64,000 nucleotides of DNA from Pelagomonas calceolata (taxonomy: Eukaryota). Location of the stretch: positions 3,720,001 to 3,784,000 of the forward strand of contig CAKKNE010000002.1 of NCBI GenBank assembly GCA_918797485.1, in the 5' to 3' direction. Below are positions 20,409-30,914 of this stretch, in pieces. Under the pieces are notes generated by a model. That model was not told where the DNA came from. It made no database searches and saw nothing but the letters and a program-made list of their open reading frames with translations. Both the position numbers and the translations under genes were made by a program. Numbering within the stretch: the first letter of the stretch is position 1; each line of letters starts with the position of its first letter.

Positions 20409-23400
20409 ATGATGGAGCTCGGCGCGCGGCGCGGCTACAGCGCGATCGGCGCCGGCGCCGCGGCGCCGGCCGAGGCGCCGGCGCCGCGGCCCGCGCGGCC
20501 CGCGCGGCCCTGGCGCCGGGCCGTCGTCGGCGCGTTCGCCGCCGCCTGCAGCGCCGCGGCGCTCAGCGCGAACCGGCTCCGGCGGCGCGCGCCCCGGGCC
20601 GCCGCCGCGCAAATCCCCACGACGCTCGCCGTGGACGCGGGCGGCCACTTCGACAGCGACGGGCGCTTCGTGCTGCGCGACTTCGACGCGCGCAAGCCCT
20701 TCGCGTCGTTCCTGCCGGGCATCGGCGGCGAGTGGGGCGTGCCCATGTGGGCCTTCTACGTGAACCGCGGCCAGGGCGTCGCCGCCTTCGGCGTCGAGAA
20801 CAAGGACGGGCCGCTCCTCGAGTTCGAGCCGGCGAACAAGGCCTACATGGACGCGCCGTTCCGGGGCTTCCGCACGCTGCTCCGCCTGACGCGCGGCGGC
20901 GCGGAGGCGACGGTGGCGCAGCCCTTCTTCGACCCGCCGTCCAAGCATCGGGAGCGGACGATGCTCATCGGGATGAACGAGCTCGAGCTGGTGGAGGTGG
21001 ACCGGGCGAGCGGCGTCGAGACGCGGGTGCTCTACTACACGGTCCAGGGCGAGGACTTCCCGGCGCTCGTGCGGCGCGTGACGCTCACGAACGTCGGCGA
21101 CGGGAGTGTCGAGGTCGCGGCGGCCGACGGCCTCGCGAAGCTGGAGCCGTTCGGCGTGAACGCGGGCATGCTGGGCACCATGGGCCGCACGCTCGAGGGC
21201 TGGATGCGCGTCTACAACTGCGGCCGCGCCGAGGACTCGGAGGAGACGAGCGCGGCGGCGTGCCCGCTCCCGTACTTCAAGCTGAGCGCGTCGACGGCCG
21301 ACTCGGCCCAGGTGCAGATGATCACGGAGGGCCACTTCGCCTTCGGCTACGTCGAGGACGCGGCCGAGGCGCTGCTGCCGGTCGTCGTCGACCCGGACGT
21401 CATCTTCGGCGACGACACGACGCTGCGCGACCCCGCCGGCTTCGCGAAGCGCGGCGCCGCCGTCGCGGACGCGGCCGAGGTCAAGGTCTCGAAGACGCCG
21501 TGCGCCTTCGCCGTCGCGTCGACGACGCTCGCGGCCGGCGCGTCGACGACGCTCGTCACGGTCTGGGGCCGCGCGCGCACGGTCCCGCAGCTCGTGGACG
21601 ACATCGCGCCGACGGTCCTGAAGGACCGGTTCGCCTCGAAGAAGTACGTCGAGGCCGTCGCGCTCACGGAGCGCCTCACGGCCGCCGTGGCCTCGGAGAC
21701 GGCGAACCCGCTCTTCGACGCCTTCTCGCGGCAGATGCTGCTGGACAACCTGCTGCGGGGGGGCTTCCCCGAGTTCCTGGGCGCCGGCGGCGGCGCCAAG
21801 CGCGTCTACCACACGTTCTCGCGCATCCACGGCGACCTCGAGCGGGACTACAACAACTTCCAGATCGACGCGACGTACTTCAGCCAGGGGTCCGGGAACT
21901 ACCGGGACGTCAACCAGAACCGGCGCGTCGACGTCCTGCTCTTCCCGGGCGTCCGGGACTTCAACCTGCGGCAGTTCCTCACGCTCAAGCAGGCCGACGG
22001 CTACAACCCGCTGACGGTGGCGACGGCGTTTTTCAGCCTCGCGCCCGAGGGCGCGCGCGACGACGCCGCGGCGCGCGCGAAGGCAGCGCCCGTCGCCGAG
22101 GCGCTCGCGGGCGACGCCGCGTCCCGGAAGAAGCTCGCCGCGCTGCTGGCGCGGCCCTTCCGGCCGGGCGACCTCTTCGAGCAGGCGCGGGCCGAGAAGA
22201 TAAAATTCGCGAAGGACCGGGCCGCCGTCCTCGACGCGGCCGCCGGCGCGGCGCGCCAGGTCTTCGCGGCGAACTACACGCACGAGGGCTTCTGGGCCGA
22301 CCACTGGACCTACGACCTGGACCAGATCCTGTCCTTCGAGGCCGTCTACCCCGACGACGTCGAGCGGGCGCTCTGGGACGCGGAGAAGATCCCGTTCTAC
22401 ATGTCGGCGGGCACGGTGCAGCCGCGCGACTTCAAGTACGTCGAGGTCGACGGCCTCGGGATCCGGCAGTACAATTCGGTCTACGACGACCCCGAGAAGC
22501 TCGGCCAGCTCGCCGACCGCGACGCGCAGCCCGACGGCGCGTTCGAGCTCGCGGCGCCGACGGGCGACGACGACGCGTCCAGCGCCGTCTACACCGTCGA
22601 GCCCGTCTCCAAGGTGCTCCTGCTCTTCGCCACCAAGTTCACGCTGCTCGACCCGAGCGGCCTCGGCGTCGAGATGGACGCGAACAAGCCGGGCTGGAAC
22701 GACGCCATGAACGGCCTGCCCGGCCTGCTGGGGTCCGGCATGCCCGAGACCTGCGAGGCCTGGCGCATCGGGGACTGGCTCGCGTCCACGATCCGGAGGG
22801 TGCAGCGGCCCGTCGTCGTGCCGGTCGAACTCGGCGACTTGATCGCCAACACGACCGAGGCGCTGAAGGACGCGTCGCTGACGGACTTCGAGTACTGGGA
22901 GCGCGTCGCTTCGTATCGGGAGGCGTACCGCGCGCGCGTGCGCCTCTTCTTCTCGGGCGACGAGGTCTCGCTCGACGCGGCGACGCTGGCGGACTTCCTC
23001 GGCCGGGCCACGAAGAAGCTGGAGCGGGGCATCGAGAAGTCGCTCGCCTACACGGACGGGGTCATCATGCCCACGTACTTCCAGCACGTCGTCACGGCGT
23101 ACGAGTACACCGGCCTGAAGAACTTCGTCGGCCAGCCGTTCGTGCGCGCGACGGCCTTCGAGGCCAAGGTCTTCCCGCTCTTCCTCGAGGGGCCCGTGCG
23201 CCAGCTCAAGACCGTGCCGCGGGCCGACGGCGTCCAGCTGAAGAAGATCCACGACGCCGTGCTCGCGTCGCCCCTCTACGACAAGCCCATCGGCCAGTAC
23301 AAGATCTGCGAGTCGCTCGAGGGCCAGCCCTTCGAGATGGGCCGCATGATGGCGTTCACGCCGGGCTGGCTCGAGAACGAGTCCGTCTGGCTCCACATGT

Positions 23401-23945
23401 CCTTCAAGTACTACCTCGAGCTCCTGCGCGCGGGCCTCTACGAGGACTTCTGGACGGCCATGGCGACGGGCGCGCCCTACAACATGGACGTCGAGACGTA
23501 CGGGCGGTCGCCGCTCGAGTGCGGCTCGTTCATCGTGTCGTCGGCCTACCCCGACGAGGAGCTCTGGGGCACCTCGTACCTCGCGCGGCTGTCGGGCTCG
23601 ACGGCGGAGTTCCTGAGCATCTGGCTGCTCGTCTTCGCGGGGCCGGCGCCCTTCACGCTCGGCGACGGCGGCGGCCTGGAGCTCGCGCTGCGGCCGGCCG
23701 TGCCGGCGAAGCTCTTCAAGGACGACGGCACCGTGACGTTCACGTTCCTCGGCGGCGTCGAGGTCACGTACGTCAACCCGTCGCGCGCCGACTCCTGGAC
23801 GCTCGAGGTCGTCAAGATGGAGCTCCTGGCGTCCAAGGACGACGACGGCGCCAAGACCACCGTCGACGGCCCGGCGCTGACGGGCGCGGCCGCGGAGGCC
23901 GTCCGGAACCTGCAGTACGAGGCCGTCCGCGTCTACCTGGAGTAG
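20409..23945 (+). CDS. GH161-type beta-1,3-glucan phosphorylase
   Basis: Motifs PFASFLPGIGG, PMWAFYVNRGQG, SRIHGDLERDYN, QGSGNYRDVNQNRR, DHWTYDLD, KPGWNDAMNGLPGL, GWLENESVWLHM recalled as GH161-like; about 1180 aa with an N-terminal hydrophobic segment. Confidence 0.78.
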   Translation: MMELGARRGYSAIGAGAAAPAEAPAPRPARPARPWRRAVVGAFAAACSAAALSANRLRRRAPRAAAAQIPTTLAVDAGGHFDSDGRFVLRDFDARKPFASFLPGIGGEWGVPMWAFYVNRGQGVAAFGVENKDGPLLEFEPANKAYMDAPFRGFRTLLRLTRGGAEATVAQPFFDPPSKHRERTMLIGMNELELVEVDRASGVETRVLYYTVQGEDFPALVRRVTLTNVGDGSVEVAAADGLAKLEPFGVNAGMLGTMGRTLEGWMRVYNCGRAEDSEETSAAACPLPYFKLSASTADSAQVQMITEGHFAFGYVEDAAEALLPVVVDPDVIFGDDTTLRDPAGFAKRGAAVADAAEVKVSKTPCAFAVASTTLAAGASTTLVTVWGRARTVPQLVDDIAPTVLKDRFASKKYVEAVALTERLTAAVASETANPLFDAFSRQMLLDNLLRGGFPEFLGAGGGAKRVYHTFSRIHGDLERDYNNFQIDATYFSQGSGNYRDVNQNRRVDVLLFPGVRDFNLRQFLTLKQADGYNPLTVATAFFSLAPEGARDDAAARAKAAPVAEALAGDAASRKKLAALLARPFRPGDLFEQARAEKIKFAKDRAAVLDAAAGAARQVFAANYTHEGFWADHWTYDLDQILSFEAVYPDDVERALWDAEKIPFYMSAGTVQPRDFKYVEVDGLGIRQYNSVYDDPEKLGQLADRDAQPDGAFELAAPTGDDDASSAVYTVEPVSKVLLLFATKFTLLDPSGLGVEMDANKPGWNDAMNGLPGLLGSGMPETCEAWRIGDWLASTIRRVQRPVVVPVELGDLIANTTEALKDASLTDFEYWERVASYREAYRARVRLFFSGDEVSLDAATLADFLGRATKKLERGIEKSLAYTDGVIMPTYFQHVVTAYEYTGLKNFVGQPFVRATAFEAKVFPLFLEGPVRQLKTVPRADGVQLKKIHDAVLASPLYDKPIGQYKICESLEGQPFEMGRMMAFTPGWLENESVWLHMSFKYYLELLRAGLYEDFWTAMATGAPYNMDVETYGRSPLECGSFIVSSAYPDEELWGTSYLARLSGSTAEFLSIWLLVFAGPAPFTLGDGGGLELALRPAVPAKLFKDDGTVTFTFLGGVEVTYVNPSRADSWTLEVVKMELLASKDDDGAKTTVDGPALTGAAAEAVRNLQYEAVRVYLE

Positions 23946-24601
23946 CTCCCCCCACACAAGTTCCCCCCGCCGCCGCCCCCCGTTTAACTGTACGTAGCCG
24001 CTACCTCTCTGAGGCTGAGGCTAGTTACGTCGCAGGGTTCCCCGTACCCCTCCCGCTCCCCCCGGGCCCACCCGTCCGGCTGGACTAGGACGCAAGGGCT
24101 GAGTCACAGGGACTCGCACGCCCCCCCTTCTTTTGGGACGACCCCCGTCAGGATGTGGAACTGGCCGCTGGCTCCTCTTTTACGACGAGCCGGAAATCAA
24201 GTGGTGAGAGAGATGCCCTCGCACACCAGGCCAACAAATGGGCTCAATGAATGCCACGGCGATTCGGAGGGCCTACGAAAGCTCGGCCGGCCCGGCGAAG
24301 GTTGCGAGTCTCTTGGCTAGTGTCTTACACTGGAGGTGCGGCTTCCCTGCTCAGCGCTTATTGAACCCACCCCCAGGTATGTAGTCGATGTTACGGCGCT
24401 GGGACTAGTCACCCCATGCTCGCTAGCGGCTGTAAGACACTAGCAGCACTACTAGTACTTACTAGGCTTGCCGTCGAGAGGAGACCCGAGCTACGTACGC
24501 CCGGCCAGCCCGCTCTCTCCATTGTGCGCTCAACGGCGGCGCCGCCCCTCGCGCCACAGACCGGGAAAGGGACTGCACCCTCGATCGACCAGCGCGCACA
24601 C

Positions 24602-27283
24602 ATGGACCACGGCCCCATCGACCCGGACCCCGAGGAGGAGGAGGCGAGCTCCATGGCCCAGGACTCGGACTACGAGTACGACAGCGACGGCGGCGGCGCG
24701 CCGGCCGAGGCGTCGATCTCGGGGCGGTGGCTCGCCGACCACCACAAGCGGCGGCGCTGGGAGGCGAAGGAGAAGGAGCTGCGCGCGGCCATGGCCCAGG
24801 AGAACACGCAGAAGGAGTCGAAGGCCCTGGGGCTCGCGGCGGCGGCGGGCGCGCGCGCGCCGCGGAACGTCTTCTCGGGCGCGGCGTCCTTCAAGGTGCT
24901 CGCGGCGGACCTGCTGGCGCTGCAGCACGACGCCGAGGACGGCGCGGGCGCCGGCGTGCGCATCGAGGCCGAGGCCGTGGGCGACTCGGTCTACCACTGG
25001 TCCGTCCGGCTCTCGCGCTTCGCGGCCGGGAGCCCGGCCCAGAAGTTCCTGGGGCTGCTGGAGCGGGCCCACGGCTACGGCCACGTCGAGCTGGACGTGC
25101 GCTTCGCCATGGACCTGTACCCCTTCTTCCCGCCGGTCGTCCGGCTCGTCCGGCCGCGCGTCGGCGACGACGCGCTGCAGCGGGTCGCGCAGCTGCCGTC
25201 CCTGCGGCTGTCGGGCTGGGACTCGGTGCGGGGCATGGCGCCCGTGCTGCGCGACGTCGCGGCCGTCGTCGCGGCGGAGGTCGCGGCGACGGCGCCGCCG
25301 CCCGGCGACGCGCGGAACGACCCCTACGCGACGCACCAGGGCGCCTACGCGCCGCTGGAGCACGTGCTGATGCGGCTGGGGCTCCTCACGGAGACGCCGC
25401 CGCGGCGCCGCGCGCTGGCCGCGCGGGTCGCGGGGCGCGCGAGCCCCGAGCCCGGCGCCGTCCAGCGGGAGAAGCCGTGGCGGCCGGCCGCGGGCGCGCT
25501 GGACCCCCTGGCGCCGGCGCCGGCGCCGGCGCCGGCGCCGGCGCCCGCGGCCGCGGGCCCGGGCCGCCGCGCGGACCGCCCGAAGCGGGCCTACTGGGCC
25601 GCCGGCACGGGCTACGGCCACGACAACAGCACGACGACGGTCTCGTGGGACGTCGACGCGTACCTCGCGGCGCAGCGCGAGACGGACCGGCTGCTGAGCG
25701 AGGCGCTCCGCGAGGTCCGGGGCGCGCTGGACGACACGGGGCGCTGGCCCGGCGACATGGCCTGCGTCGGCGCGTCGGCGCTCGTGCCGGTGCTCGCCAC
25801 CTACCTGCGGAACGAGTCGCTCGTGGACGCGTCGCGGCACGCGCCCCTCTACTCCGGCGCGATGCGGCTGCTGAGCGCGGTCGCGGCGCACGTGCCCGCC
25901 TGCCTCGTCGGCGCCGTCGACGACGACGCCGCCGACGGGGACGCGTCGGCGCGCGCGCGGCTCGCCGTGGAGGCGGCGGACGCGGGGCGCCGGCCCGAGG
26001 GCGAGTCGCTCTACGGCCTGACGCGCGTGCTCAAGGACCGGCTCCGCATCTTCGAGCGGGCGACGGCCAAGGAGACGGGCCGGCCGGCGGCGCCGGGCGC
26101 GCCCGGCGCGGCGGCGGCGCCGCCGGCCGTGCCGCCGCCGCGCTTCGCGGGCGCGGCGCCGCCGGCGCACGACGACGAGCAGGCCGCCGCGCTCATGCCG
26201 CTCATCGCCGCGGCCGTCGCGGACGTCGACGCGGCCGTGCGGCGCCTCGCCGGCGGCGCGAAGCGCGCCGCGGCGGCGGCGGCGCCGCCCGCGAAGCGCG
26301 TCCGGACCGAGGACACGGCGCCGGGCGCGGACGCCGCGGCGCCAGGCGCGGACGCCGAGGCGGCGTACAAGGCCGCGCTCGGCCCGCTCCAGTACGACGA
26401 CGCCGACGACGCGGCGCAGTGGCGGCTGCCCGCGGCGGCGGCGCCGCGGCCGCACCCGGCCTTCCGGCGGCGCCTCGCGCAGGAGCACGTCGACGTGAGC
26501 CACTCGCTCCCCCTGAACCTGGCGTCGAGCGCGTGGTGCCGCTGCCACCCGTCGCGCATGGACGCGCTGCGCGTGGCCATCTCGGCGCCCGAGGGCACGC
26601 CCTACGCCGCGGGCGTCTTCGTCTTCGACGTGCGCTTCCCGCCGAGCTTCCCCGCGGCGCCGCCGAGCGTGACCATGCTCACGACGGGCCGGGGCACCGT
26701 GCGCTTCAACCCGAACCTCTACGAGTGCGGCAAGGTCTGCCTGAGCCTGCTGGGCACGTGGGAGGGCAAGGGCGGCGAGACGTGGAACGCCGAGACGTCG
26801 ACGCTGCTGCAGGTCCTCGTGTCGATCCAGGCCCTGATCTTCGTGAGCGACCCGTACTACAACGAGCCCGGCTTCGAGGCCCAGATGGGCACGCCCGTCG
26901 GCGACCACCGCGCGGCCAAGTACGCCGCGACCGTGCGCGAGCACTGCGTGCGCTGGGCCATGATCGACCAGCTCCGGAACCCGGCGCCCGAGTTCCGCGA
27001 GGTCGTCCGGCTGCACTTCGCGCACCGCCGCGACTTCGTGCTCGCGGACCTCGACGCGGCCATCGCCGACGCGACGCGCCGCGAGGCGGCGCCGGCGCCG
27101 GCGGCCCCGGGACCCCCGCGAGGCGTCGCCGGGGGCCCCGCGCCGCACGAGCCCCAGTTCTGGCGCCATCACCGGGCGACGCTCACGGAGCTGCGCCAGG
27201 ACCTCCAGCGGCTCCTCGACGCGCCGCCCGCGCCCGCCCCGGCGCCCGCCGCCCCCGCCCCCGCCCCCGCCGCCCCGGCCTAA
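24602..27283 (+). CDS. Ubiquitin-conjugating enzyme with N-terminal UBC-like and C-terminal BIRC6-type UBC domains
   Basis: C-terminal GTPYAAGVF, RFNPNLYECGKVCLSLLGTW, LLQVLVSIQ; WAAGTGYG motif; N-terminal YHWSVRL...YPFFPPVVRLVRP. Confidence 0.85.
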   Translation: MDHGPIDPDPEEEEASSMAQDSDYEYDSDGGGAPAEASISGRWLADHHKRRRWEAKEKELRAAMAQENTQKESKALGLAAAAGARAPRNVFSGAASFKVLAADLLALQHDAEDGAGAGVRIEAEAVGDSVYHWSVRLSRFAAGSPAQKFLGLLERAHGYGHVELDVRFAMDLYPFFPPVVRLVRPRVGDDALQRVAQLPSLRLSGWDSVRGMAPVLRDVAAVVAAEVAATAPPPGDARNDPYATHQGAYAPLEHVLMRLGLLTETPPRRRALAARVAGRASPEPGAVQREKPWRPAAGALDPLAPAPAPAPAPAPAAAGPGRRADRPKRAYWAAGTGYGHDNSTTTVSWDVDAYLAAQRETDRLLSEALREVRGALDDTGRWPGDMACVGASALVPVLATYLRNESLVDASRHAPLYSGAMRLLSAVAAHVPACLVGAVDDDAADGDASARARLAVEAADAGRRPEGESLYGLTRVLKDRLRIFERATAKETGRPAAPGAPGAAAAPPAVPPPRFAGAAPPAHDDEQAAALMPLIAAAVADVDAAVRRLAGGAKRAAAAAAPPAKRVRTEDTAPGADAAAPGADAEAAYKAALGPLQYDDADDAAQWRLPAAAAPRPHPAFRRRLAQEHVDVSHSLPLNLASSAWCRCHPSRMDALRVAISAPEGTPYAAGVFVFDVRFPPSFPAAPPSVTMLTTGRGTVRFNPNLYECGKVCLSLLGTWEGKGGETWNAETSTLLQVLVSIQALIFVSDPYYNEPGFEAQMGTPVGDHRAAKYAATVREHCVRWAMIDQLRNPAPEFREVVRLHFAHRRDFVLADLDAAIADATRREAAPAPAAPGPPRGVAGGPAPHEPQFWRHHRATLTELRQDLQRLLDAPPAPAPAPAAPAPAPAAPA

Positions 27284-27532
27284 AAGCGGGGTCTTCCCAT
27301 CGTTGGGACTTCTCGTGGGTGAATCTGGAAGAGCTAGTGAGTGAAACACCCCCCCCCCCTCCAAGGAGATGAATTGATGGGGGGGTCGATGTTACGGGGG
27401 GAGCTTATGCTAGGGCCAGGAGAGGGATGAGCCTGTACATCCGCGTACTGGTATGCCCTTGCCTGTGCACGTTGCGTGTCGCTGGCCATTAGTCGCCGTG
27501 CTGCCACCGCAAGCCATCTGCTAAAGCGAAAA

Positions 27533-28696
27533 ATGCTGCTCCGCACCGCCCGCACCACTCTACGCCGCGCCGCCGTCGCCGGCGCGCAGCAGCGGCGAGG
27601 CGCCAGCGCGCTAGCGGCGACGCGGCCCTGGCACGAGCCCGACATCCTGAGCACCGAGACGAAGCAGTTCCGCGACGCCGAGCTCGCCCGCCTCGGCGCG
27701 CTGCGCGACGCGGCGGCGGCGGGCCTCGACGGGCCCGCCGCGGCGTCGCCGGCGGCGGCGTGCCTCGACGCGTCGGTGACCGAGGCGTCGGGCGACGCGC
27801 CGCAGCTCCTTGCCGCCTTCGCGCGGCGCGCGCGCGCCGCGGCGGCGCAGGGCGCCGGCGCGCCGGCCGAGACGCTCCGGCTCGCGTACGCGGCCCGCTA
27901 CGCCGAGGCGCTCGCGCGGCGCGCCCTGCCGCGCCAGGAGCGCGGCGACGCGGCGCGGCCCGGCGCCGGCGCCCTCGCGAGCGCGGTCGCGGCCGTCGCG
28001 CCCGAGGCCGACCTGCCGTTCGCCGGGGCGCTGCGGCGCGAGGGCGCGGCGGCGCGGCTCGAGGCGGCCCTGCGGGCGGCCTGCGTCGGCGACGCCGCGG
28101 CGCGCGTCGAGGCGACGCACGCGTTCGTCGACGACCGCGCGGAGGGCCTCTCGGTCAAGGCCGCGGCGGCGGCGCTCGAGGCCGCGGCGCTGCCCGTCGG
28201 CGAGGCGATCGCGGACGCGCACGACGTCCTGGTGCGGGCTTCCCTCGCGGCCCCCGACGCGGGCGAGGCGGGCCGGTGGAAGGCGCGGCGGCGGCGCGGG
28301 CTCGTGCGGCGGGCGCGGAAGGACGCGGCGAGGCACCTCGACCGCAACGCCCGCGACCGGCTCGACGTGCCCGCGAAGGCGCGCAACGCGGCGCACTGGG
28401 CCGAGCCCGACCGCGAGGTCGCGCAGCCGCCGCCGCCCGCGGCGATGAGCGTCGAGTGGCTCACGCAGCGGCGGGACCCGCACGCCGGCGCGCGGCTCGC
28501 GGCGCCGACGCTCGCGGCGGCGTCGGCCGAGTTCTTCCCGGAGCACGCGACGCTGGGCGCGACGCTCGCCACGAGCCTGCTGCGCCACCGCGAGCAGGCC
28601 TGGCGCGACGCCGAGGAGGACTACCTCTCGCGGCTGCTGACGCTCGCGTTCTGCGCCTTCTGCGGCGTCGCGGACTACGCGATCATGGTGCACTAA
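27533..28696 (+). CDS. Hypothetical protein with mitochondrial-type presequence and C-terminal TM helix
   Basis: MLLRTARTTLRRAA start, high GC3, hydrophobic C-terminus. Confidence 0.6.
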   Translation: MLLRTARTTLRRAAVAGAQQRRGASALAATRPWHEPDILSTETKQFRDAELARLGALRDAAAAGLDGPAAASPAAACLDASVTEASGDAPQLLAAFARRARAAAAQGAGAPAETLRLAYAARYAEALARRALPRQERGDAARPGAGALASAVAAVAPEADLPFAGALRREGAAARLEAALRAACVGDAAARVEATHAFVDDRAEGLSVKAAAAALEAAALPVGEAIADAHDVLVRASLAAPDAGEAGRWKARRRRGLVRRARKDAARHLDRNARDRLDVPAKARNAAHWAEPDREVAQPPPPAAMSVEWLTQRRDPHAGARLAAPTLAAASAEFFPEHATLGATLATSLLRHREQAWRDAEEDYLSRLLTLAFCAFCGVADYAIMVH

Positions 28697-28809
28697 GTCT
28701 ATTGGATTGGAGCCCCTTGTCAAGGGCCTTTTTTTGTATGTGTTGTGTGTTGTGTTGTGTGTCTGCCCGGCGGCGTGGAGGTGAACGCAGGTCAGAGAGA
28801 GGGAGGCAC

Positions 28810-30006
28810 TTAGCAAGGAGGGGGGTCGCGGTCCGTGCGCCAGAATTGGAGGATCTTCCAGGCCAGCTCCTTCGGGAGCGGCGGCGCCTCCGTCGACTCG
28901 GGAACGGGAAAGAGGCGCGCGAGGACCGGCGGCGGCGACGCGCGGCCCGCGGCGCAGAGACACCGGAGGACAATAAGTTGTTTGCGGGGGGCGGCTACGT
29001 AGCGCTTCCAGGAGCCCGCCGCGCGCACTTCGGCGAGCAGCGCCTGGAACGCCTCGACCGCGCCGGTCCGCCGGCAAAATTCCGGCATCGCCGGGATGCC
29101 GCCGTCGGAGATATCGTTGTCCAGTTGATAATTTACAATCGCCTCTGCATTGTCGCCAACGCTGTCCACCAAATCAAGGTCCGCACCAGCAGCCAGAAGC
29201 TCGCGGACGACGCCGAGCGAAACGTACCCAGCCATTGCTGCGGCCATCAGGAGAGGCGTCACGCCGCCCGGGGTCGACCTGGCGTTCACCGCGGCCCCGT
29301 GCTTCACAAGCAGACGAACGATGCCCTGGTGACCCATCGAGGTGGCGACTTGGGCGTTGGCGATCGACCAATGATCCGTCATTCGACTCCAGTCGTTCGT
29401 CAGCACGGCGCGATGGAGCGCCGTGTCCCCGCTCCCGAGCGGACGACCCGCGGAGGCCCCGTAGCGCAGCAGGACGCGGACGGTGTCCACCGCTCCGACC
29501 CCGACCGCGTAGCCCAGCGCGCCACCGGCCCCCTCCTCGACGCGGGCGCCCGCCGCGCAGAGGAGCTCGGCGACGGGCGCGCACGCCGGCCGACACGTCA
29601 TGCAGGCGTTCGCGAGGAGCGTCGTGCCCGCGGCCTCTCCGTTCAGTTTGATCGCGTGGGGCGAGCCGCCCGCCGCGAGCCACTCCCTGACCACCTCGAT
29701 CCTGCCCTCGCGCGCGGCGAGCGCGACCTCGTCCTCAGGAACAGGCCGCCCTCCGGCACCGCCTTCGGCGGCGCGGCGCTGTGCGTCAGCAGCACGGCGA
29801 CGGGCCAAGAGGCCGCCGCCGGCCAGAGGGAGGCCACCCTCGAGCCCAAGTGGGAATTGTAACGGAGCGCCCGGCGGGTATTGCTGCATAGGCACCTGGA
29901 CCACGGGCGCGGCGCCGGGCGGCGCGTACGGCACGAACGGCGCGCCCGATGCCCACGGCGGCGGCGCCGGCTGGGCCGGCTGGGCCTCGAGCCCCGGCTG
30001 GTCCAT
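28810..30006 (-). CDS. Ankyrin repeat protein with conserved C-terminal helical module
   Basis: GDTALHRAV, GVTPLLMAA, LLAAGADL; C-terminus related to that of 46507-47508. Confidence 0.8.
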   Translation of the reverse strand: MDQPGLEAQPAQPAPPPWASGAPFVPYAPPGAAPVVQVPMQQYPPGAPLQFPLGLEGGLPLAGGGLLARRRAADAQRRAAEGGAGGRPVPEDEVALAAREGRIEVVREWLAAGGSPHAIKLNGEAAGTTLLANACMTCRPACAPVAELLCAAGARVEEGAGGALGYAVGVGAVDTVRVLLRYGASAGRPLGSGDTALHRAVLTNDWSRMTDHWSIANAQVATSMGHQGIVRLLVKHGAAVNARSTPGGVTPLLMAAAMAGYVSLGVVRELLAAGADLDLVDSVGDNAEAIVNYQLDNDISDGGIPAMPEFCRRTGAVEAFQALLAEVRAAGSWKRYVAAPRKQLIVLRCLCAAGRASPPPVLARLFPVPESTEAPPLPKELAWKILQFWRTDRDPPPC

Positions 30007-30914
30007 AGATATAGATGTCAGACACCGCGACCCCAGGCCGTGGGTTGGGCTTTTTGACCTCGAACCCGGCCTATCTGTGAGATTGAGATTGTTGGGGCAC
30101 GAGATTGGCTGCCCCAGCTTTTTTTTTGGCTGGAGATATCAGCTGAGGCTTACTGGGATGCTCAGCAGCATCGGACGCTCGGCGCCCCATCCGATAGAAA
30201 AGTGCGACCGCGGTTCGCCTCACGGCTCGTCCGATAGGTAGATACATACTTGGTTCTGAAAACCCGCGGGTTCCTAGTGTGTCGATACGCTAGATCACTA
30301 GGTCTTGCGGCTCGCCAAAATACACCAGCGATTGACGGCGCCATCTACCGTCCAAATGGGACATCATATCAACTCCAGCCCAGTTTTCATACACACTCGA
30401 CGGAACCGGAGCCGACGGCGCGCGCTCGGAGGGCGGGAGAAGAATTCTACTAGACAACTCCCGAGTTTATGTTCGTTTCCTTTCGTTTGTTAGTGGTAGA
30501 GTCCATCTAGGCCAAATCAGCCCGCACTGAGCTATTTTAGATATTCCGTTAGAGCCTCGCGGTGAGGCGATTTCGCGACCCCACATTTATGTGAAGGTGG
30601 GCTCAAGACCTGAACCCGCGAGTATCAGCGACGACACCATCCAGATGGACCATAACGCCGTTGTTCTATTCACAATCGACCGACTTGCCCGTTCTCCGCG
30701 GACGACGGTGCGTACGCGGGGCACTGGATTGGCCCCAGACCGGTGGTTTATAAAATAAATTTGCGTTTCAGGCGCCTTTTTTGTGGGACGGGCCAGATAA
30801 CCGGCCTGAGCGGCTACTACATTGCTCGAGACCCCACGATGCTCGGCGCGGGTCAGTTTAATGTGGCGCTTTTAGTCTATTATGGCAAGTTACTTTGGCG
30901 GAGATAACGCCCCA

